A stretch of DNA of 64,000 nt from Alphaproteobacteria bacterium (GTDB lineage Bacteria > Pseudomonadota > Alphaproteobacteria > Micropepsales > Micropepsaceae): the NCBI GenBank assembly GCA_028871345.1, contig JAGWNK010000015.1, forward strand, positions 7,064-71,063. The letters are read 5' to 3'. Each line of letters starts with the position of its first letter. The stretch's first letter is position 1. Of this stretch, positions 48,793 through 58,432 are shown piece after piece. Position numbers and translations under genes: made by a program. The notes below the pieces were generated by a model. It did not search any database. It saw nothing but the letters and a program-made list of their open reading frames with translations, and was not told the origin of the DNA.

Positions 48793-50196
48793 TCATTCCT
48801 CCTGGCTGTGCGCCGGTGGCGCATCGCCGTCGATCTGCCCGCGCGGCCAAGTGACGCTGACGCGAGCGCCGCCTTCCGAAAGGTTGAGAGCCTTGACCGT
48901 TCCGCCCGTCTGTTCGAGCAGCGTCTTGGCGATGAAGAAGCCGAGCCCCATGCCTTCGCGCTTGCCGAGATTGCCCGAAGGCGGACCGAGCTCGGTGTCG
49001 CCGACCGCGTGATCGCCGGGGCGCGAGGTGATGTAGGGCTCGCCGATGCGTTCGAAGATGTCGGGCGCGAAGCCGGGGCCGTCGTCCTCCACCGACACGG
49101 TGATGGTCGAGGCCGACCACCTGGCCTCGACGCGCACGCGCGAGCGCGCGAAATCCGCGGCATTCTCGATGATGTTGCCCAGGCCGTGCAGCATCTCCGG
49201 CGCCCGCCAGACCTGCGGCTGCGGCTCGTCGCGCTGGGCGGGCGCCGCGGCGATGACGATCTCGAGCTCCTCGTCGCGATAGGTGTCGGCGAGATCGTCG
49301 AGCAGGGCGCACAAGGGAAGGCGCGCGGTGCTGCCGAGCATGGCCTCTTCCGGGCGCGCCAGGCGCATCAGGATCATGCGGCAGCGCTCGGCCTGCGCCC
49401 GCAGCAGCTTGGCGTCCTCGGCTTCCGCCGAGCCGACCGGCAGGGCGCGTTCGAGTTCGTGGGCGACGACGGCGATGGTGCCGAGCGGCGATCCCAGCTC
49501 GTGCGCCGCCGCGGTGGCCAGCGCGCCAATCGACGACAGGCGCTGCTCGCGCGATAGAGCCAGCTGCGTGGCGGCAAGGCCCGCCGACATTCGCGCGCCT
49601 TCGCTGGAGATGCGCCAAGCATAGACCGAGGTGAATCCGATGCCGAGCACGAGGGACGACCACAGCCCCGCCAGGTAAAGCGGCGGCAGATCGAAATGGC
49701 CGTCCATCGACCAGGGCAGCGGCTCGTGCGTCACCGAAATGATCGAAGCGGCGGCGAGCGCGATGGCGCCCAGGATCATGGTGTTGCCCAGATTGAGGGT
49801 GGAGGCCGCAATCACCACCGGTGCGATGAACATCAGCGCGAACGGATTGGCGATGCCGCCCGTCAGGTACAGAAGCGCCGCCAATTGCAGCACGTCATAG
49901 GCGAGATAGATCGTCGCTTCGCGGTTGGTCAGCCGGTGGCTGGGCGGATAGCGGAAGACCAGAATGATGTTGAGTCCCGCGCTGAACAAAACGCAGGCCA
50001 GGCAGCGGGCGAGCGGCAGGGGATAGTTGAATCCGAAATAGACGACGAACAGCGCCACGGTCTGCCCGGCGGTCGCCATCCAGCGCAGATTCGACAGCGT
50101 GCGCAGGCGAACGCGACCGCGAATCGCCGACGCGCGTGCGGCCGGAATCGGGCGAGCCGTCCGCTCCACTTTCGCCGTGGCTTCTGCTGTTACCAT
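48793..50196 (-). CDS. regB: Redox sensor histidine kinase RegB/PrrB/ActS
   Basis: Six N-terminal TM helices include the quinone-site heptapeptide GGIANPF. The H-box is AAAHELGSPLG, a conserved Cys lies in QAERCRMIL, and the ATPase has N and G boxes. Confidence 0.9.
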   Translation of the reverse strand: MVTAEATAKVERTARPIPAARASAIRGRVRLRTLSNLRWMATAGQTVALFVVYFGFNYPLPLARCLACVLFSAGLNIILVFRYPPSHRLTNREATIYLAYDVLQLAALLYLTGGIANPFALMFIAPVVIAASTLNLGNTMILGAIALAAASIISVTHEPLPWSMDGHFDLPPLYLAGLWSSLVLGIGFTSVYAWRISSEGARMSAGLAATQLALSREQRLSSIGALATAAAHELGSPLGTIAVVAHELERALPVGSAEAEDAKLLRAQAERCRMILMRLARPEEAMLGSTARLPLCALLDDLADTYRDEELEIVIAAAPAQRDEPQPQVWRAPEMLHGLGNIIENAADFARSRVRVEARWSASTITVSVEDDGPGFAPDIFERIGEPYITSRPGDHAVGDTELGPPSGNLGKREGMGLGFFIAKTLLEQTGGTVKALNLSEGGARVSVTWPRGQIDGDAPPAHSQEE

Positions 50197-50272
50197 AGTT
50201 CAGCCGGCCGAATCCGGCATATTATCAATAGGGTCCTATCCAGCCCAACCTGCGACCAAGAGCGCAATACGT

Positions 50273-50860
50273 ATGATCCGCACGCCCCTCGCCCTGGTCC
50301 CCTACCTGCTTGCGGCGGCAATGGTGGCGGCGGGCCTATTATGGCATGCGGGCGATTTTGTGTCGGGCGTTCAGACCAGCGGCGTGGCCGAAATCGGCGG
50401 CCCTTTCCGATTAACCGACCAGAACGGTCAGGTGAGGACCGACCAGGATTTCCGCGGCCGGTTCATGCTGGTCTATTTCGGTTACACCAGCTGCCCCGAC
50501 ATCTGCCCCACCACCCTGGCGGTCATGGCCGACGCGCTCGCCAAGCTGCACAATGGCGCCCGCGTGGTGCCTATCTTCATCACCGTCGATCCCGCCCGGG
50601 ACACGCCGGCCGTGCTCAAGGCGTATCTGAAGGCGTTCGGTCCCGCCTTCGTCGGGCTCGGCGGCAGCAAAGGGTCCGTTGCTGCCGCAGCGAAACAGTA
50701 CCGCGTCTACTACGCCAGGCGCCCGCTTCAAGGTGGCGGATACGCGATCGACCATTCCAACCGCATCTACCTGATGGGACCCGACGGGAAATTCGTCGCC
50801 GTCTATGACGAGACGCTAGGCCCCGACGGACTGGCCGACGCCTTGCGCAAGAAGACTTAG
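50273..50860 (+). CDS. senC: SCO-family copper chaperone SenC/PrrC
   Basis: FGYTSCPDICP (CxxxC) has the thioredoxin-like fold pattern. ATG 50273; transcribed divergently from regB. Confidence 0.88.
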   Translation: MIRTPLALVPYLLAAAMVAAGLLWHAGDFVSGVQTSGVAEIGGPFRLTDQNGQVRTDQDFRGRFMLVYFGYTSCPDICPTTLAVMADALAKLHNGARVVPIFITVDPARDTPAVLKAYLKAFGPAFVGLGGSKGSVAAAAKQYRVYYARRPLQGGGYAIDHSNRIYLMGPDGKFVAVYDETLGPDGLADALRKKT

Positions 50861-51735
50861 ATTTCCACCGCAACGCCCGCCTGCGCGGCGGCGGCGATCA
50901 GCGTGTTGCGCATCAGGCAGACGATGGTCATGGCGCCGACACCGCCCGGCACCGGCGTGATGTGGGCGGCGCGTTCGGCCGCCGCCGCATACTGCACGTC
51001 GCCCACCAGCCTGGTCTTGCCGTCGACGTCGATCCGGTTGATGCCGACATCGATCACGGTCGAGCCCGGCTTGACCCAGGAACCCTGCACGAATTCCGGC
51101 TTGCCGATGGCGGCCACCAGAATGTCGGAGCGGCCGATGAGCCCCGGCAGGTCGCGCGTCTTGGAATGGGCCATGGTGACGGTGGCGTTGGCCGCCAGCA
51201 GCAATTGCGCCGCCGGCTTGCCGAACAGGAGCGAACGGCCGATCACCACGACGTCGAGCCCGGCGATGGGGCCCAGCGTCTCTTTCAGAAGCATCATCAC
51301 GCCGGCCGGGGTGCAGGAGACGAGCCTGGCGCGGCCGCTGAGCAGCAGGCCGGCGTTGGTCGGCGTCAGCGCATCGACGTCCTTGGCCGGATCGAGCGTG
51401 TCGAGCACCGCCTGTTCGCGGATCTGCTTGGGCAGCGGCAGCTGCACGAGGATGCCATGCACGGCGCGATCGGCGTTGAGCGCGCGCACTTCGGCCAGCA
51501 CCTCCGCCTCGCCGGCATCGGCGGACAGGTGCCGATGCACCGAACGGAAGCCGACGGATTCCGCCGTCTTGTTCTTGTTGCGGACATAGACCTCGCTGGC
51601 CGGATCGTTGCCCACCAGGACCGTGGCCAGGCCCGGCACCAGATCATAGGCCGCCCTGAGGCGGGCCGTCTCCTCGGTGATGCGCGCGCGCAACCTGGCC
51701 GCGTGGAGTTTTCCGTCGATGATCGATGCCGTCAT
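50857..51735 (-). CDS. folD: Bifunctional methylenetetrahydrofolate dehydrogenase/cyclohydrolase FolD
   Basis: IIDGK...LATVLVGNDPASEVYVRNK...ITPVPGGVGAMT. Confidence 0.96.
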   Translation of the reverse strand: MTASIIDGKLHAARLRARITEETARLRAAYDLVPGLATVLVGNDPASEVYVRNKNKTAESVGFRSVHRHLSADAGEAEVLAEVRALNADRAVHGILVQLPLPKQIREQAVLDTLDPAKDVDALTPTNAGLLLSGRARLVSCTPAGVMMLLKETLGPIAGLDVVVIGRSLLFGKPAAQLLLAANATVTMAHSKTRDLPGLIGRSDILVAAIGKPEFVQGSWVKPGSTVIDVGINRIDVDGKTRLVGDVQYAAAAERAAHITPVPGGVGAMTIVCLMRNTLIAAAAQAGVAVEI

Positions 51736-52055
51736 GGCGCTTCTCCCAGGCGGGCGAGCCGCGCCGCCAGGGCGGCGCCGTCGCCGGCGATCTCGAGCCT
51801 CTTCAAGCGCGACGTGGCACCGGACGCAAGCGCGACCGAGGATCGCGGCACCCCCAGCGCCTTGGCGACAAGCTCGACCAGGGCCGCATTGGCCTTGCCG
51901 TCTTCGGGGACCGCGCGCACCCGCGCCTTGAGATGGGAGACACCGTCGGCGCCGGGCGCCCAGCCCTCTACCGCGTCGCGACCGCCCTTGGGCGTCAGCC
52001 GTACGAGAAACGACACGCCCTTGGGCGTGACGCGGATGCTCGTCAGAGCAGCCAC
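51732..52055 (-). CDS. yggU: DUF167 (YggU) family protein
   Basis: IRVTPKGVSFLVRLTPKGGRDAVEG...LKARVRAVPEDGKANAALVELVAKALGVPRSSVALASGATSRLKRLEI. A GTG start is inferred at 52055. The stop overlaps the folD ATG. Confidence 0.75.
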   Translation of the reverse strand: MAALTSIRVTPKGVSFLVRLTPKGGRDAVEGWAPGADGVSHLKARVRAVPEDGKANAALVELVAKALGVPRSSVALASGATSRLKRLEIAGDGAALAARLARLGEAP

Positions 52056-52345
52056 CGCGCGTCCACCCAGAGGATGACGCGCTGCAGGAACCAGATGACC
52101 AGCAGCACGATCAGGGGGGAGATGTCGATGCCGCTGAACACCGGAACGATGCGGCGCACCTGGCGGAAGACCGGTTCCGTCAGGGCATCCAGGAAGCGGG
52201 CGATGCTGTGCACGATGTTGTTGTGCAGATTGATGACGTTGAAGGCGACCAGCCAGCTGACGACCACCGCCGCGATGATGACCCACCAGTAGAGTTCGAG
52301 GATCACCAGAAGCAGCGCGGAAACCGGGTCGGGACCGTAATACAT
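52043..52345 (-). CDS. yggT: YggT family membrane protein
   Basis: 100-aa ORF: LYWWVIIAAVVVSWLVAF...FLDALTEPVFRQVRRIVPVFSGIDISPLIVLLVI. Confidence 0.85.
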   Translation of the reverse strand: MYYGPDPVSALLLVILELYWWVIIAAVVVSWLVAFNVINLHNNIVHSIARFLDALTEPVFRQVRRIVPVFSGIDISPLIVLLVIWFLQRVILWVDARWLL

Positions 52346-52472
52346 CGACGATAGCGCCCGGCGGGCGCCCCTCTGTGCCTGTGTCGCCCGGATGGCGCAG
52401 CGCGAATCCGGGGATATTGCCGGTTCCTTGTGCCAGCCCCGGCCACCCCCCGCAAGGTCGCGGCGCCGGCGC

Positions 52473-52501
52473 TTGACAGCTTCGGGGGGCGCTCCCTAGA
52501 T
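52473..52501 (+). promoter_or_regulatory. Candidate promoter for tRNA-Ala
   Basis: TTGACA (52473-78), a 17-nt spacer, then CTAGAT (52496-501), about 55 nt upstream of the tRNA. Confidence 0.35.
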
Positions 52502-52558
52502 ACCGGCCCCGTGCCGGGTTTGTGCCGCTTTTGGCCCGCCCGGAACCAAGCTTGGCTT

Positions 52559-52634
52559 GGGGCTGTAGCTCAGTTGGGAGAGCGCCTCGTTCGCAATGAG
52601 GAGGCCAGCGGTTCGATTCCGCTCAGCTCCACCA
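52559..52634 (+). tRNA. tRNA-Ala (anticodon CGC), CCA encoded
   Basis: Hand-folded cloverleaf. Acceptor GGGGCTG/CAGCTCC carries the G3:U70 Ala identity pair. D stem GCTC/GAGC, anticodon stem CCTCG/TGAGG, loop TTCGCAA, T arm AGCGG-TTCGATT-CCGCT. Confidence 0.93.
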
Positions 52635-52703
52635 GTCTTCGCCCGTCAGGCGCCTCGTCCAGTCCGCAGTTCTTTCTTCGACGGCGAAGCAGGTGCTTCG
52701 ACG

Positions 52704-54107
52704 CTACGCCTTGCCGGCAAGCGCCTCGGCGGGCGAAGGCACGGGGCCGGCGGTCAGCCCCAGCTTGCGCGCCAGATAGGGCGTGAAGGGCGGCGCGACG
52801 ATGAGCGTCATCAGGATCACCCACATGCCGATCTCGACCAGCCCGTCGACCGGCGCGGCGACGCGGGCCACGGCGGTGACCAGCAGCACCGCCGGAATGG
52901 CGCCCGTCTCGCGCACGAAGGAGATGAAGAGCAGCTCCTGCAGCGTCAGTCCGCGGGCGCGCAGCGCCAGGTATGGCCCCAGCATCAGGAACACCATGAC
53001 GGGGCGGAGGACGGCCATGAAGACCATCGCTGCGAGAATCCCCACCGGCGCATAAGCGACGAGCGCGTGCGGATCGGCCAGGGCGCCCACCAGCACGAAG
53101 ATCAGCGGCTTGGCGACGCCGTCGACGATCTGGGAGAAGAATCGCTCGATGCGCGCCATGTGCTCGCGCGTTTCGTACAGCAGCCCGGCCACGAAGGCGG
53201 CGAGAAAGCCGCTGCCGCCGAACAGCGCCGCGCCGGCAAAAGCCAAAATCGGCGTCGCCAGGAAATAGACCTGGTCCGCCCCGTAAGGCGCAAAGCGGCG
53301 CTTCATGCGGCTCAGCAGCAGCAGGAGGCCGTAACCCGCCACGCCGAACAGCAGGCCATAGCCGCCCTGGTTCGCCAGGAATTGCAGCGCAGGCGGCGAG
53401 GCGAGGCTGCGATAGGCCGCCACCAGCGCGATCCCCGCCAGCGGCAGCTTGAGGAACGCCGAAGTGAGTAGCGTGCCGACGACGTCGTTCAAGGCGCTCT
53501 CGGCGACGACGATGTCCTTGGCGGCGCGGCGCTTGAACCGCACATGTTCGAGGAGCGGGATGATGGCGGCGGGATCGGTCGAGGCGAGGATCGCCCCCAG
53601 CAGCACGATCACGATCGGCGCCAGCGCGATGCCGAAGAGGGCCGCCACGTGTCCCACCACCCAGGACAGGGCGAAGCCCGTGATCAGCACGCCGGGGACC
53701 GCCAGCAGAGCGATCTTGACGAACAAGCGCAGGAAGCTCTTGAGCGGCATCTCGAGCCCGCCGCCGAACAGGATCGCCGCGGCGCTGACCGTCACCAGCG
53801 AAGCGACCAGCGTCGTGTTGGCGACGATCGGGGCAAACAGCGCGTGCCCGGCCATGCCGAGCGCGATGGCCACCACGAAGGACGGCAGCGGCGTCTTCCA
53901 CGAGGCGTAGAAGCTGGCGAAGCTGCAGAAGCCGAACAGCGCGATGGCCGCCAGCACCGGCGCCGCCGGGGCGTCCTCCAGGCCGGCGAGGCGCCCGACG
54001 ATCTCGTCACCGAAGCGGTCGGAGACGACCGCCAGCCCCGCCACCGCCAGAACGAGCCAGACATAGGGCGCCAGGCGCCCTCTCGCTTCCTGCGTAGCTT
54101 CCGCCAT
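52704..54107 (-). CDS. Cation:proton antiporter (CPA1/NhaP-like Na+/H+ exchanger)
   Basis: 467-aa polytopic membrane ORF with LGAILASTDPAAIIPLL and ESALNDVVG motifs. Confidence 0.8.
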   Translation of the reverse strand: MAEATQEARGRLAPYVWLVLAVAGLAVVSDRFGDEIVGRLAGLEDAPAAPVLAAIALFGFCSFASFYASWKTPLPSFVVAIALGMAGHALFAPIVANTTLVASLVTVSAAAILFGGGLEMPLKSFLRLFVKIALLAVPGVLITGFALSWVVGHVAALFGIALAPIVIVLLGAILASTDPAAIIPLLEHVRFKRRAAKDIVVAESALNDVVGTLLTSAFLKLPLAGIALVAAYRSLASPPALQFLANQGGYGLLFGVAGYGLLLLLSRMKRRFAPYGADQVYFLATPILAFAGAALFGGSGFLAAFVAGLLYETREHMARIERFFSQIVDGVAKPLIFVLVGALADPHALVAYAPVGILAAMVFMAVLRPVMVFLMLGPYLALRARGLTLQELLFISFVRETGAIPAVLLVTAVARVAAPVDGLVEIGMWVILMTLIVAPPFTPYLARKLGLTAGPVPSPAEALAGKA

Positions 54108-54184
54108 GGAGGCCTCCCCGGAGGAAGTCTGTCAGCCCCTGCGCATCGGGGCAACCGCCCAGCCCTTCCGCGAGTTTCCCCAAT

Positions 54185-54805
54185 ATGGAACCGGTCACCG
54201 ATCTCTCCTACGCCCCGAACCCGCGCTCCTTGCCCGGGCTCGAGAAAGCGGTGGGGCAATGCCGGCGTTGCCCGCTCTACGCCAAAGCGACGCAGGCCGT
54301 CGCCGGGCAAGGTCCCGTGCTGGCCGCGATCATGCTCGTGGGCGAGCAGCCGGGAAACGATGAAGACCTCGCTGGCCAACCGTTCGTCGGGCCGGCGGGT
54401 CGCCTCCTCGACAAGGCGCTCGGCGAATCGGGACTCGAGCGCGGTTCGGTCTACGTCACCAACGCGGTCAAGCACTTCAAGTTCGTCCCGCGCGGCAAGC
54501 GGCGCCTGCACCAGAGGCCCAACGCCGAAGAGATCAGCATCTGCCGCTGGTGGATCGACATCGAACGCAAGCTCGTCAAACCGCGGCTCATCGTGGCCAT
54601 GGGGGCGACGGCGGCGCGCAGCATCGCCGGCAAGCCCGTCGTCATCGTCCGCCGTCGCGGCCTGATCAGCGAAACCGACGGCGTCCATCTGATGGTGACG
54701 ATCCATCCGTCGTGGCTGCTGCGCATGCCCGATCCCCGCCTGCGCCGCGCGGAGTTCGAGGCGTTCGTGGCCGACCTTAAGCGGGCGCGCGCCTTCGTCC
54801 TGTGA
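54185..54805 (+). CDS. udgX: UdgX-type uracil-DNA-binding protein (family 4-like UDG superfamily)
   Basis: CRRCPLY...MLVGEQPGNDEDLAGQPFVGPAGRLLDKAL...YVTNAVKHFKFVPRGKRRLHQRP...VTIHPSWLLR. GEQPG and the KRRxH loop are the diagnostic UdgX features. Confidence 0.8.
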   Translation: MEPVTDLSYAPNPRSLPGLEKAVGQCRRCPLYAKATQAVAGQGPVLAAIMLVGEQPGNDEDLAGQPFVGPAGRLLDKALGESGLERGSVYVTNAVKHFKFVPRGKRRLHQRPNAEEISICRWWIDIERKLVKPRLIVAMGATAARSIAGKPVVIVRRRGLISETDGVHLMVTIHPSWLLRMPDPRLRRAEFEAFVADLKRARAFVL

Positions 54806-55990
54806 TCAGCGTCCGGTGTAGCGCACGCGCCAGATCGTCTTGCCCTGGTCGTCGGCAATCAGAAGGCTGCCGTCCTTGGCGACCAGAAGACCGGCGGGGC
54901 GGCCCCAGACCTGCGGCGGATGCTCGCCCGAAGCCCAGAAGCCGGTGGCGAAGTTCTCGTAGCCGTGCTCGGGCCTGCCGCCCGCGAACCTGATGCGCAC
55001 CACCTTGTAGCCGGTGGGCTTGGACGAATCCCACGAGCCGTGCAGCGCCACGAAGGCGTTGCCGCGGTAGGCGGCGGGAAACTGCGCGCCGTCGTAGAAC
55101 ACGAGGCCCAAAGGCGCCGAATGGGCGTGGAACAGCACGTCGGGAATCCTGGTCCTGGCCACCAGGTCGCGGTGCTTGGCGCCGAATTGCGGATCGGGAT
55201 GGGGGCCGTCGAAGGCGTAGGGCCAGCCGAGGAAATCGCCGCGGCGCAGCCGCGTGAAGAAATCCGGCGGCAGATCGTCGCCGTAGCCGTCGCGCTCGTT
55301 GACGGTGACGTAGAGATCATCCGTACCTGGACAAAACGCGATGCCCACGGGATTGCGCATGCCGCCGGCGAAGGTGCGCAAGCGGCCGTCCCCCGACACT
55401 TCCTGCACCGTGGCCTGCGGCGGCGGCTCTTCGGCGACGTTGTTGGCGCTGCCGATCGCGACATAGAGGCGCCCGTCGGGGCCGAAAGCGATGTCGCGCG
55501 TGATGTGGTAGCTGCGCGCCCCGAAGGAATCCCTGGTGACGCGCGTTCGCGCGCCGGCTTTGAGCGCGCCGTCCGTATAGGTGAGCCGCCACACGGCATC
55601 GAGATCGCCGACATAGAGCGTCCCGTCGTGGAAGGCGAGACCATGCGGGTAATGGAAGCCGCCGGCGAACATGTGGGCCTTGCCGCCATGCAGCAGCGTG
55701 ATCTTGCCGGCATAGGATTCCGCCACGAACACGTCGCCGTTGGGGGCGAGCGCCATGAACCGCGGATTGGAAAGCCCGGTGGCATAGGGTTCGGCGACGA
55801 AGCCCTTGGGCACCTCGGGCACCGCGCCGCGGGGACGCGCGATCATGTTGGCGCCGTTGTCGGCGGCGGGCGTGGCGAACGGCTTTGCCAGGCGGCTTGG
55901 ATTGATTTCGAAATGCTGCCCGGGATGATCCGCCGCCAAGGCGGCGCCGGCGCAGAGCAGCGCCGCGACGGAGCCCGAAATTCGCTTCAT
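54806..55990 (-). CDS. PQQ-dependent sugar (sorbosone-type) dehydrogenase, secreted, copy 1
   Basis: Signal peptide MKRISGSVAALLCAGAALA. Beta-propeller motifs RNPVGIAF, NERDGYGDDLPPDFF, GWPY and HSAPLGLVFY are present. Confidence 0.8.
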   Translation of the reverse strand: MKRISGSVAALLCAGAALAADHPGQHFEINPSRLAKPFATPAADNGANMIARPRGAVPEVPKGFVAEPYATGLSNPRFMALAPNGDVFVAESYAGKITLLHGGKAHMFAGGFHYPHGLAFHDGTLYVGDLDAVWRLTYTDGALKAGARTRVTRDSFGARSYHITRDIAFGPDGRLYVAIGSANNVAEEPPPQATVQEVSGDGRLRTFAGGMRNPVGIAFCPGTDDLYVTVNERDGYGDDLPPDFFTRLRRGDFLGWPYAFDGPHPDPQFGAKHRDLVARTRIPDVLFHAHSAPLGLVFYDGAQFPAAYRGNAFVALHGSWDSSKPTGYKVVRIRFAGGRPEHGYENFATGFWASGEHPPQVWGRPAGLLVAKDGSLLIADDQGKTIWRVRYTGR

Positions 55991-56007
55991 CAGTGGCCCT
56001 TTCGCCG

Positions 56008-57201
56008 TCAGCGCCCGGTATAGCGCACGCGCCAGATGGTCTTGCCGGCATCATCCGCAATGAGAAGGCTTCCGTCCTTGGCCACCAAGAGGCCCGCCGG
56101 CCTGCCCCAGACCTTGGGCGGGTTTGTGCCGCCCGCCCAGAAGCCGGTAACGAAGTTCTCGTAGCTTGGTTCCGGCCGACGGCCCGCGAACCTGATGCGC
56201 ACCACCTTGTAGCCGGTGGGTCTTGCCGAATCCCACGAGCCGTGCAGCGCCACGAAGGCGTTGCCCTTGTATTCCGTCGGGAACTGGCCGGCATCGTAGA
56301 AGGCAAGGCCGAGTGGGGCGGAATGCGCCTGGAATAGCACGTCGGGCGTCTTCGTCTTGCCGACCAGATCGGGCCGCTTGCGCCCGTCCTGCGGATCGGG
56401 GTGCGCCCCGATATAGGCATAGGGCCAGCCGAAGAAATCGCCTTGGCGCAGGCGCGTGAAATAGTCCGGCGGCAGGTCGTCGCCCAGCCCGTCGCGCTCG
56501 TTGACGGTGACGTAGAGATCGTCCGTGCCAGGATAAAATGCAGTGCCCACCGCGTTGCGCAGTCCGCCGGCGAAGGTCTTCATGTGGCCGTCGGGCAAGA
56601 CCTTCTGCACCGTGGCCCGCGGCGGAGGTTCTTCGGCGACGTTGCCGGCGCTGCCGATGGCGAGATAGAGCGCGCCGTCGGGTCCGAAGGCGATGTCGCG
56701 CGTCGCGTGGCCGCTGCGGCCGCCGAAGGAATCCCGGGTGACGCGCGTGCGCGCGCCGGCCTTCAGTTCGCCTTCGCGATAAGCGATGCGCCAAACCGCA
56801 ACCAGATCGCCGACATAGAGCGCGCCGTCGTGGAAGGCGATGCCGCTGGGACCCTGAAAGCCTGCAGCGAAGGTGGACGCCTTGCCGCCGTGGATGACCG
56901 TGACCCTGTCGGCGCTCGCTTCGGTGACGAAGACGTCGCCGTTGGGCGCCAGCGCCATGAAGCGCGGATCATCGAGCCCGGTCACGTAAGGTTCGACGAC
57001 GAATCCTTGGGGAACTTCGGGCACCGCCCCCGCCGGGCGGGCAATGACGGTCGCGGTGTTGTCGACGCCCGGCGTCGCGTAAGGCTTCGCGAGATGGGAG
57101 GGCAGTAGCGTGAAGCGCTGGCCGGGACGGTCGGCGCCCCAGGCGCCTGCGGCGGTGAAGGCCAGCACAAGAATCGCGCAATACCGGGGTTTTTGCGGCA
57201 T
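56008..57201 (-). CDS. PQQ-dependent sugar (sorbosone-type) dehydrogenase, secreted, copy 2
   Basis: Collinear paralog of 54806-55990 (RNAVGTAF, NERDGLGDDLPPDYF, GWPYAY, HSAPLGLAFY), with a 17-bp spacer between the copies. Confidence 0.8.
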   Translation of the reverse strand: MPQKPRYCAILVLAFTAAGAWGADRPGQRFTLLPSHLAKPYATPGVDNTATVIARPAGAVPEVPQGFVVEPYVTGLDDPRFMALAPNGDVFVTEASADRVTVIHGGKASTFAAGFQGPSGIAFHDGALYVGDLVAVWRIAYREGELKAGARTRVTRDSFGGRSGHATRDIAFGPDGALYLAIGSAGNVAEEPPPRATVQKVLPDGHMKTFAGGLRNAVGTAFYPGTDDLYVTVNERDGLGDDLPPDYFTRLRQGDFFGWPYAYIGAHPDPQDGRKRPDLVGKTKTPDVLFQAHSAPLGLAFYDAGQFPTEYKGNAFVALHGSWDSARPTGYKVVRIRFAGRRPEPSYENFVTGFWAGGTNPPKVWGRPAGLLVAKDGSLLIADDAGKTIWRVRYTGR

Positions 57202-57284
57202 CGTTCCATGTCTTTGCCCCGGCCGTTTACCGACGCTTTACCATGGCGGATTAAATGGACCTCGTGACAAACGGTATCCGCAGC

Positions 57285-57716
57285 ATGAGCCGCGCGGTTG
57301 CGGTTGCTCTCCTCGCCCTGTGCGCCGGCGCAGCCTTTGCCGCCGACCAGGACCGGGGAACCGGCGAGCGCGCCCCGGCGGTGCACAGGATCACGCAGTC
57401 CGCCAGCTACATGATGATCGATCCGATCTACACCACCGTCACCGACGGCGAAAAACCGCAGGGGCTCTTGATGGTGGGCATCGGATTGGACGTGCCGGAG
57501 CCCGGCCTGCGCGCCGACGTCAATCGTCTGATGCCCGTGCTGCGCGACGCCTATGTGCGGTCGCTGCTGATCTTCACGGCGAGTTCCGTGCGCGCCTTGC
57601 GGCAGCCTGACGTCGCCGCCATCGCCGACCGCCTGCAGCGCGTCACCGACCGCACGCTTGGCCGGCGCGGCGCGAAGCTTCTCCTCGCCCAGGTGGCGAT
57701 GCGGCTGACCCACTAG
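57285..57716 (+). CDS. Secreted hypothetical protein with a FliL-like domain pattern
   Basis: Signal peptide MSRAVAVALLALCAGAAFA. YMMIDPIYTTVTDGEKPQGLLMVGIGLDVPE...LMPVLRDAYVRSLL resembles FliL C-terminal domains. There is no flagellar context. Confidence 0.4.
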   Translation: MSRAVAVALLALCAGAAFAADQDRGTGERAPAVHRITQSASYMMIDPIYTTVTDGEKPQGLLMVGIGLDVPEPGLRADVNRLMPVLRDAYVRSLLIFTASSVRALRQPDVAAIADRLQRVTDRTLGRRGAKLLLAQVAMRLTH

Positions 57717-58432
57717 GCGCATTCATCCGCCAGAGCCATTGCGATCACGATCTGCGCTGCCGGATTGGATCCCATCGTGGTGTGCGCGCCGCGCACCGCG
57801 ATATTGCGGCTTGCATCATCCAGCAGGCACTGGCGCCAATCGACGATCCCGTCGTCGGGGGAATAGATCGCCGTCACCGGCACCGGTAACGGCGCGGCGA
57901 TGTCATGACGGCGCGCGACCCACGGGCTGTCGTGCAACGGACCCAGCAGTGCGGCGATCGGCGCCAGAGTGGTGACGACGGGAAAGCGCACCGGCGTGCA
58001 CAAGGTCACGATGCGCGCGACCGACTGGGGGTGGCGCAAGGCCAGGTCGCGCGCCAGGATGCCGCCGAAGCTCTCGCCGATCACGTTCACGGGCCCGCTC
58101 TGCGCCAGTTCGAGAAGAATGCGGTCGAGACGGCCGAGAAGGCCTGCCGTCGGTCCCAGATTGAGCAGGATGCCGGGCGGCGCGACGCGATAGCCCAACC
58201 GCCGCAGGAATCCGTTGAGACGCAGCATTGCCCAGTCGCCTGTGAGGAATCCCGGCAAGAGGAGAACCTGCCCGCCCTCGCCCTTCGGCAGGGACTGCGT
58301 CGGATAAGGTGGCGGCAGGACGCTGTCATGGACGGCAGCGGCCATCTCGCGCGCCCAGCTTCGCCAATTCAAACCGGAGTCCGGCGGTGGGAAGATCGCC
58401 ACGGGTTCCTGCAACACTTTGCGCCACCTCAT
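57713..58432 (-). CDS. Alpha/beta hydrolase (lipase/PGAP1-like)
   Basis: The nucleophile elbow is GESFG (VNVIGESFGGILA), with LLLPGFLTGD and a C-terminal DDGIVDW. The start is uncertain (58432-58540). Confidence 0.65.
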   Translation of the reverse strand: MRWRKVLQEPVAIFPPPDSGLNWRSWAREMAAAVHDSVLPPPYPTQSLPKGEGGQVLLLPGFLTGDWAMLRLNGFLRRLGYRVAPPGILLNLGPTAGLLGRLDRILLELAQSGPVNVIGESFGGILARDLALRHPQSVARIVTLCTPVRFPVVTTLAPIAALLGPLHDSPWVARRHDIAAPLPVPVTAIYSPDDGIVDWRQCLLDDASRNIAVRGAHTTMGSNPAAQIVIAMALADECA

